From positions 2,170,001 to 2,234,000 of the forward strand of contig OZ059894.1 of assembly GCA_964057225.1 (NCBI GenBank): a stretch of 64,000 nucleotides of DNA. Direction: 5' to 3'. Both the position numbers and the translations under genes were made by a program. The notes beneath the pieces were generated by a model that was not told the origin of the DNA, searched no databases, and was given only the letters and a program-made list of their open reading frames with translations. Origin of the DNA: Auanema rhodensis (Eukaryota; Animalia; Nematoda). Position 1 is the first letter of the stretch; every line of letters begins with the position of its first letter. This document shows, one piece after another, positions 55,101 through 64,000 of this stretch.

Positions 55101-56847
55101 CTTGAAAATCCGCATCGAATGCACTATACTACATTGAGAAACGCTTAATACAAAAATTAGTTATGATCGTTTGAAAAATGATGCATTAGTGTATGTTGAG
55201 TTTCCATGTACACTCAACATTGCTTCCAAAAACATTTTGACAAAAATTTTTTCGAAAAATTTCAAAATAATTTAGTAAAAAGTAGATGTTTTTAGATTCC
55301 TTTTTTCAAGGCAAAGACGATGGACAATGTTATTCAACGAAAAAATTAATTCTTCAGGGTGAAAATCGAGGATATAAGTGTGAACTTATATCAGTTGATA
55401 TCTCGGTGCATTTTTAAGCTAGCGCAAATCTAATAACACAGATCGACGCAGCTTAAAAATCCGCATCGAATGCACTATACTACATTGAGGAACGCTTAAT
55501 ACAAAAATTAGTTATGATCGTTTGAAAAATAATGCATTAGTGTATGTTGAGTTTCCATGTACACTCAACATAGCTTCCAAAAACATTTTGACAAAAATTT
55601 TTTCGAAAAATTTCAGAATAATTTAGCAAAAAGTAGATGTTTTTAGATTTCTTTTCTCAAGGCAAAGACGATGGACAATGTTATTCAACGAAAAAATTAA
55701 TTCTTCAGGGTGAAAATCGAGGATATAAGTGTGAACTTATATCAGTTGATATCTCGGTGCATTTTTAAGCTAGCGCAAATCTAATAACACAGATCGACGC
55801 AGCTTAAAAATCCGCATCGAATGCACTATACTACATTGAGGAACGCTTAATACAAAAATTAGTTATGATCGTTTGAAAAATAATGCATTAGTGTATGTTG
55901 AGTTTCCATGTACACTCAACATAGCTTCCAAAAACATTTTGACAAAAATTTTTTCGAAAAATTTCAGAATAATTTAGCAAAAAGTAGATGTTTTTAGATT
56001 TCTTTTCTCAAGGCAAAGACGATGGACAATGTTATTCAACGAAAAAATTAATTCTTCAGGGTGAAAATCGAGGATATAAGTGTGAACTTATATCAGTTGA
56101 TATCTCGGTGCATTTTTAAGCTAGCGCAAATCTGATAACACAGATCGACGCAGCTTGAAAATCCGCATCGAATGCACTATACTACATTGAGAAACGCTCA
56201 ATACAAAAATTAGTTATGATTGTTTGAAAAATGATGCATTAGTGTATGTTGAGTTTCCATGTACGCTCAACATTGCTTCCAAAAACATTTTGACAAAAAT
56301 TTTTTCGAAAAATTTCAAAATAATTTAGCAAAAAGTAGATGTTTTTAGATTCCTTTTTTCAAGGCAAAGACGATGGACAATGTTATTCAACGAAAAAATT
56401 AATTCTTCAGGGTGAAAATCGAGGATATAAGTGTGAACTTATATCAGTTGATATCTCGGTGCATTTTTAAGCTAGCGCAAATCTGATAACACAGATCGAC
56501 GCAGCTTGAAAATCCGCATCGAATGCACTATACTACATTGAGAAACGCTCAATACAAAAATTAGTTATGATTGTTTGAAAAATGATGCATTAGTGTATGT
56601 TGAGTTTCCATGTACGCTCAACATTGCTTCCAAAAACATTTTGACAAAAATTTTTTCGAAAAATTTCAAAATAATTTAGCAAAAAGTAGATGTTTTTAGA
56701 TTCCTTTTTTCAAGGCAAAGACGATGGACAATGTTATTCAACGAAAAAATTAATTCTTCAGGGTGAAAATCGAGGATATAAGTGTGAACTTATATCAGTT
56801 GATATCTCGGTGCATTTTTAAGCTAGCGCAAATCTGATAACACAGAT
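49126..56847 (+). repeat. 11-mer higher-order repeat (3861 bp) x2
   Basis: The GCAACG monomer is at 49477 and 53338, and the rare TAGTAAAA variant is at 51415 and 55276 (both +3861). The order of intervening monomer types is identical. Confidence 0.88.
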
Positions 56848-59800
56848 CGACGCAGCTTGAAAATCCGCATCGAATGCACTATACTACTTTGAGAAACGCT
56901 TAATACAAAAATTAGTTATGATCGTTTGAAAAATGATGCATTAGTGTATGTTGAGTTTCCATGTACACTCAACATTGCTTCCAAAAACATTTTGACAAAA
57001 ATTTTTTCGAAAAATTTCAAAATAATTTAGCAAAAAGTAGATGTTTTTAGATTCCTTTTTTCAAGGCAAAGACGATGGACAATGTTATTCAACGAAAAAA
57101 TTAATTCTTCAGGGTGAAAATCGAGGATATAAGTGTGAACTTATATCAGTTGATATCTCGGTGCATTTTTAAGCTAGCGCAAATCTAATAACACAGATCG
57201 ACGCAGCTTAAAAATCCGCATCGAATGCACTATACTACATTGAGGAACGCTTGATACAAAAATTAGTTATGATCGTTTGAAAAATAATGCATTAGTGTAT
57301 GTTGAGTTTCCATGTACACTCAACATAGCTTCCAAAAACATTTTGACAAAAATTTTTTCGAAAAATTTCAAAATAATTTAGCAGAAAGTAGATGTTTTTA
57401 GATTCCTTTTTTCAAGGCAAAGACGATGGACAATGTTATTCAACGAAAAAATTAATTCTTCAGGGTGAAAATCGAGGATATAAGTGTGAACTTATATCAG
57501 TTGATATCTCGGTGCATTTTTAAGCTAGCGCAAATCTGATAACACAGATCGACGCAGCTTGAAAATCCGCATCGAATGCACTATACTACATTGAGAAACG
57601 CTTAATACAAAAATTAGTTATGATCGTTTGAAAAATGATGCATTAGTGTATGTTGAGTTTCCATGTACACTCAACATTGCTTCCAAAAACATTTTGACAA
57701 AAATTTTTTCGAAAAATTTCAAAATAATTTAGTAAAAAGTAGATGTTTTTAGATTCCTTTTTTCAAGGCAAAGACGATGGACAATGTTATTCAACGAAAA
57801 AATTAATTCTTCAGGGTGAAAATCGAGGATATAAGTGTGAACTTATATCAGTTGATATCTCGGTGCATTTTTAAGCTAGCGCAAATCTAATAACACAGAT
57901 CGACGCAGCTTAAAAATCCGCATCGAATGCACTATACTACATTGAGGAACGCTTAATACAAAAATTAGTTATGATCGTTTGAAAAATAATGCATTAGTGT
58001 ATGTTGAGTTTCCATGTACACTCAACATAGCTTCCAAAAACATTTTGACAAAAATTTTTTCGAAAAATTTCAGAATAATTTAGCAAAAAGTAGATGTTTT
58101 TAGATTTCTTTTCTCAAGGCAAAGACGATGGACAATGTTATTCAACGAAAAAATTAATTCTTCAGGGTGAAAATCGAGGATATAAGTGTGAACTTATATC
58201 AGTTGATATCTCGGTGCATTTTTAAGCTAGCGCAAATCTAATAACACAGATCGACGCAGCTTAAAAATCCGCATCGAATGCACTATACTACATTGAGGAA
58301 CGCTTAATACAAAAATTAGTTATGATCGTTTGAAAAATAATGCATTAGTGTATGTTGAGTTTCCATGTACACTCAACATAGCTTCCAAAAACATTTTGAC
58401 AAAAATTTTTTCGAAAAATTTCAGAATAATTTAGCAAAAAGTAGATGTTTTTAGATTTCTTTTCTCAAGGCAAAGACGATGGACAATGTTATTCAACGAA
58501 AAAATTAATTCTTCAGGGTGAAAATCGAGGATATAAGTGTGAACTTATATCAGTTGATATCTCGGTGCATTTTTAAGCTAGCGCAAATCTGATAACACAG
58601 ATCGACGCAGCTTGAAAATCCGCATCGAATGCACTATACTACTTTGAGAAGCGCTTAATACAAAAATTAGTTATGATCGTTTTAAAAATGATGCATTAGT
58701 GTATGTTGAGTTTCCATGTACACTCAACATTGCTTCCAAAAACATTTTGACAAAAATTTTTTCGAAAAATTTCAGAATAATTTAGCAAAAAGTAGATGTT
58801 TTTAGATTTCTTTTCTCAAGGCAAAGACGATGGACAATGTTATTCAACGAAAAAATTAATTCTTCAGGGTGAAAATCGAGGATATAAGTGTGAACTTATA
58901 TCAGTTGATATCTCGGTGCATTTTTAAGCTAGCGCAAATCTGATAACACAGATCGACGCAGCTTAAAAATCCGCATCGAATGCACTATACTACATTGAGG
59001 AACGCTTAATACAAAAATTAGTTATGATTGTTTGAAAAATGATGCATTAGTGTATGTTGAGTTTCCATGTACACTCAACATAGCTTCCAAAAACATTTTG
59101 ACAAAAATTTTTTCGAAAAATTTCGAAATAATTTAGCGAAAAGTAGATGTTTTTAGATTCCTTTTTTCAAGACAAAGACGATGGACAATGTTATTCAACG
59201 AAAAAATTAATTCTTCAGGGTGAAAATCGAGGATATAAGTGTGAACTTATATCAGTTGATATCTCGGTGCATTTTTAAGCTAGCGCAAATCTGATAACAC
59301 AGATCGACGCAGCTTGAAAATCCGCATCGAATGCACTATACTACATTGAGAAACGCTTAATACAAAAATTAGTTATGATTGTTTGAAAAATGATGCATTA
59401 GTGTATGTTGAGTTTCCATGTACGCTCAACATTGCTCCCAAAAACATTTTGACAAAAATTTTTTCGAAAAATTTCAAAATAATTTAGCAAAAAGTAGATG
59501 TTTTTAGATTCCTTTTTTCAAGGCAAAGACGATGGACAATGTTATTCAACGAAAAAATTAATTCTTCAGGGTGAAAATCGAGGATATAAGTGTGAACTTA
59601 TATCAGTTGATATCTCGGTGCATTTTTAAGCTAGCGCAAATCTAATAACACAGATCGACGCAGCTTAAAAATCCGCATCGAATGCACTATACTACATTGA
59701 GGAACGCTTAATACAAAAATTAGTTATGATCGTTTGAAAAATAATGCATTAGTGTATGTTGAGTTTCCATGTACACTCAACATAGCTTCCAAAAACATTT

Positions 59801-61410
59801 TGACAAAAATTTTTTCGAAAAATTTCAGAATAATTTAGCAAAAAGTAGATGTTTTTAGATTTCTTTTCTCAAGGCAAAGACGATGGACAATGTTATTCAA
59901 CGAAAAAATTAATTCTTCAGGGTGAAAATCGAGGATATAAGTGTGAACTTATATCAGTTGATATCTCGGTGCATTTTTAAGCTAGCGCAAATCTGATAAC
60001 ACAGATCGACGCAGCTTGAAAATCCGCATCGAATGCACTATACTACATTGAGAAACGCTTAATACAAAAATTAGTTATGATCGTTTGAAAAATGATGCAT
60101 TAGTGTATGTTGAGTTTCCATGTACACTCAACATTGCTTCCAAAAACATTTTGACAAAAATTTTTTCGAAAAATTTCAGAATAATTTAGCAAAAAGTAGA
60201 TGTTTTTAGATTTCTTTTCTCAAGGCAAAGACGATGGACAATGTTATTCAACGAAAAAATTAATTCTTCAGGGTGAAAATCGAGGATATAAGTGTGAACT
60301 TATATCAGTTGATATCTCGGTGCATTTTTAAGCTAGCGCAAATCTGATAACACAGATCGACGCAGCTTGAAAATCCGCATCGAATGCACTATACTACTTT
60401 GAGAAGCGCTTAATACAAAAATTAGTTATGATCGTTTGAAAAATGATGCATTAGTGTATGTTGAGTTTCCATGTACACTCAACATTGCTTCCAAAAACAT
60501 TTTGACAAAAATTTTTTCGAGAAATTTCAAAATAATTTAGCAGAAAGTAGATGTTTTTAGATTCCTTTTTTCAAGGCAAAGACGATGGACATTGTTATTC
60601 AACGAAAAAAGTAATTATTCAGGGTGAAAATCGAGGATATAAGTGTGAACTTATATCAGTTGATATCTCGGTGCATTTTTAAGCTAGCGCAAATCTGATA
60701 ACACAGATCGACGCAGCTTAAAAATCCGCATCGAATGCACTATACTACATTGAGGAAAGCTTAATACAAAAATTAGTTATGATTGTTTGAAAAATGATGC
60801 ATTAGTGTATGTTGATTTTCCATGTACACTCAACATTGCTTCCAAAAACATTTTGACAAAAATTTTTTCGAAAAATTTCAAAATAATTTAGCAAAAAGTA
60901 GATGTTTTTAGATTCCTTTTTTCAAGGCAAAGACGATGGACAATGTTATTCAACAAAAAAATTAATTCTTCAGGGTGAAAATCGAGGATATAAGTGTGAA
61001 CTTATATCAGTTGATATCTCGGTGCATTTTTAAGCTAGCGCAAATCTGATAACACAGATCGACGCAGCTTAAAAATCCGCATCGAATGCACTATACTACA
61101 TTGAGGAACGCTTAATACAAAAATTAGTTATGATCGTTTGAAAAATAATGCATTAGTGTATGTTGAGTTTCCATGTACACTCAACATAGCTTCCAAAAAC
61201 ATTTTGACAAAAATTTTTTCGAAAAATTTCAAAATAATTTAGCGAAAAGTAGATGTTTTTAGATTCCTTTTTTCAAGGCAAAGACGATGGACAATGTTAT
61301 TCAACGAAAAAATTAATTCTTCAGGGTGAAAATCGAGGATATAAGTGTGAACTTATATCAGTTGATATCTCGGTGCATTTTTAAGCTAGCGCAAATCTGA
61401 TAACACAGAT

Positions 61411-62814
61411 CGACGCAGCTTGAAAATCCGCATCGAATGCACTATACTACATTGAGAAACGCTTAATACAAAAATTAGTTATGATTGTTTGAAAAATGAT
61501 GCATTAGTGTATGTTGAGTTTCCATGTACGCTCAACATTGCTTCCAAAAACATTTTGACAAAAATTTTTTCGAAAAATTTCAAAATAATTTAGCAAAAAG
61601 TAGATGTTTTTAGATTCCTTTTTTCAAGGCAAAGACGATGGACAATGTTATTCAACGAAAAAATTAATTCTTCAGGGTGAAAATCGAGGATATAAGTGTG
61701 AACTTATATCAGTTGAGATCTCGGTGCATTTTTAAGCTAGCGCAAATCTGATAACACAGATCGACGCAGCTTAAAAATCCGCATCGAATGCACTATACTA
61801 CATTGAAGAACGCTTAATACAAAAATTAGTTATGATCGTTTGAAAAATAATGCATTAGTGTATGTTGAGTTTCCATGTACACTCAACATAGCTTCCAAAA
61901 ACATTTTGACAAAAATTTTTTCGAAAAATTTCAGAATAATTTAGCAAAAAGTAGATGTTTTTAGATTTCTTTTCTCAAGGCAAAGACGATGGACAATGTT
62001 ATTCAACGAAAAAATTAATTCTTCAGGGTGAAAATCGAGGATATAAGTGTGAACTTATATCAATTGATATCTCGGTGCATTTTTAAGCTAGCGCAAATCT
62101 GATAACACAGATCGACGCAGCTTAAAAATCCGCATCGAATGCACTATACTACATTGAGAAACGCTCAATACAAAAATTAGTTATGATCGTTTGAAAAATG
62201 ATGCATTAGTGTATGTTGAGTTTCCATGTACGCTCAACATTGCTTCCAAAAACATTTTGACAAAAATTTTTTCGAAAAATTTCAAAATAATTTAGCAAAA
62301 AGTAGATGTTTTTAGATTCCTTTTTTCAAGGCAAAGACGATGGACAATGTTATTCAACGAAAAAATTAATTCTTCAGGGTGAAAATCGAGGATATAAGTG
62401 TGAACTTATATCAGTTGAGATCTCGGTGCATTTTTAAGCTAGCGCAAATCTGATAACACAGATCGACGCAGCTTAAAAATCCGCATCGAATGCACTATAC
62501 TACATTGAAGAACGCTTAATACAAAAATTAGTTATGATCGTTTGAAAAATAATGCATTAGTGTATGTTGAGTTTCCATGTACACTCAACATAGCTTCCAA
62601 AAACATTTTGACAAAAATTTTTTCGAAAAATTTCAGAATAATTTAGCAAAAAGTAGATGTTTTTAGATTTCTTTTCTCAAGGCAAAGACGATGGACAATG
62701 TTATTCAACGAAAAAATTAATTCTTCAGGGTGAAAATCGAGGATATAAGTGTGAACTTATATCAATTGATATCTCGGTGCATTTTTAAGCTAGCGCAAAT
62801 CTGATAACACAGAT
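61411..62814 (+). repeat. 2-mer higher-order repeat (702 bp) x2
   Basis: TTGAGATC at 61717/62419 and CAATTGAT at 62063/62765; CATTGAAGAA also repeats at +702. Confidence 0.88.
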
Positions 62815-64000
62815 CGACGCAGCTTAAAAATCCGCATCGAATGCACTATACTACATTGAGAAACGCTCAATACAAAAATTAGTTATGATCGTTTGAAAAA
62901 TGATGCATTAGTGTATGTTGAGTTTCCATGTACACTCAACATTGCTTCCAAAAACATTTTGACAAAAATTTTTTCGAAAAATTTCAAAATAATGTAGCAA
63001 AAAGTAGATGTTTTTAGATTCCTTTTTTTAAGGAAAAGACGATGGACAATGTTATTCAACGAAAAAATTAATTCTTCAGGGTGAAAATCGAGGATATAAG
63101 TGTGAACTTATATCAGTTGATATCTCGGTGCATTTTTAAGCTAGCGCAAATCTGATAACACAGATCGACGCAGCTTAAAAATCCGCATCGAATGCACTAT
63201 ACTACATTGAGGAACGCTTAATACAAAAATTAGTTATGATTGTTTGAAAAATGATGCATTAGTGTATGTTGAGTTTCCATGTACACTCAACATAGCTTCC
63301 AAAAACATTTTGACAAAAATTTTTTCGAAAAATTTCGAAATAATTTAGCGAAAAGTAGATGTTTTTAGATTCCTTTTTTCAAGACAAAGACGATGGACAA
63401 TGTTATTCAACGAAAAAATTAATTCTTCAGGGTGAAAATCGAGGATATAAGTGTGAACTTATATCAGTTGATATCTCGGTGCATTTTTAAGCTAGCGCAA
63501 ATCTGATAACACAGATCGACGCAGCTTGAAAATCCGCATCGAATGCACTATACTACATTGAGAAACGCTTAATACAAAAATTAGTTATGATTGTTTGAAA
63601 AATGATGCATTAGTGTATGTTGAGTTTCCATGTACGCTCAACATTGCTCCCAAAAACATTTTGACAAAAATTTTTTCGAAAAATTTCAAAATAATTTAGC
63701 AAAAAGTAGATGTTTTTAGATTCCTTTTTTCAAGGCAAAGACGATGGACAATGTTATTCAACGAAAAAATTAATTCTTCAGGGTGAAAATCGAGGATATA
63801 AGTGTGAACTTATATCAGTTGATATCTCGGTGCATTTTTAAGCTAGCGCAAATCTAATAACACAGATCGACGCAGCTTAAAAATCCGCATCGAATGCACT
63901 ATACTACATTGAGGAATGCTTAATACAAAAATTAGTTATGATCGTTTGAAAAATAATGCATTAGTGTATGTTGAGTTTCCATGTACACTCAACATAGCTT

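Larger units (their letters stand above)
1..64000 (+). repeat. 351-bp tandem satellite DNA array (182 full monomers + partial), AT-rich, probably (peri)centromeric or heterochromatic
   Basis: The motif CGACGCAGCTT recurs at 1, 352, 703, 1054, 1405, 1756 ... 63868. 182x351 minus 15 bp of deletions (1+12+1+1) exactly predicts the last start at 63868. No inversion or foreign insertion was seen, and both window ends lie inside the array. Confidence 0.99.

Noticed and set aside
1-64000. CRISPR-like repeat-spacer array
   Set aside because: There are no unique spacers. The entire 351-bp unit is repeated, and no cas genes are present.

Overview
The whole 64 kb window is one uninterrupted, head-to-tail, single-orientation satellite DNA array. 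It holds 182 complete monomers of 351 bp plus a 133-bp partial copy (63868-64000), is about 32% GC by hand count of the consensus, and copies usually differ at only a few positions. I can support no CDS, RNA gene, CRISPR array or transposon insertion. It looks like eukaryotic (peri)centromeric or heterochromatic satellite, probably from an invertebrate with little CpG methylation; that is inference, and I do not recognise the family. Two layers of structure stand out. (1) The monomer is built largely from dyad symmetries, including a ~67-nt imperfect hairpin across the arbitrary monomer junction, where most recurrent variants fall in loops or give G-T wobbles. (2) Diagnostic SNPs show local higher-order repeats (2-, 4-, 7- and 11-mers), multi-kb block duplications 12, 25, 27 and 29 monomers apart, and zoned variant domains. 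No new biological system can be demonstrated from sequence alone; the structured junction hairpin is the best lead. Monomer positions ('pos') below are numbered from window base 1.
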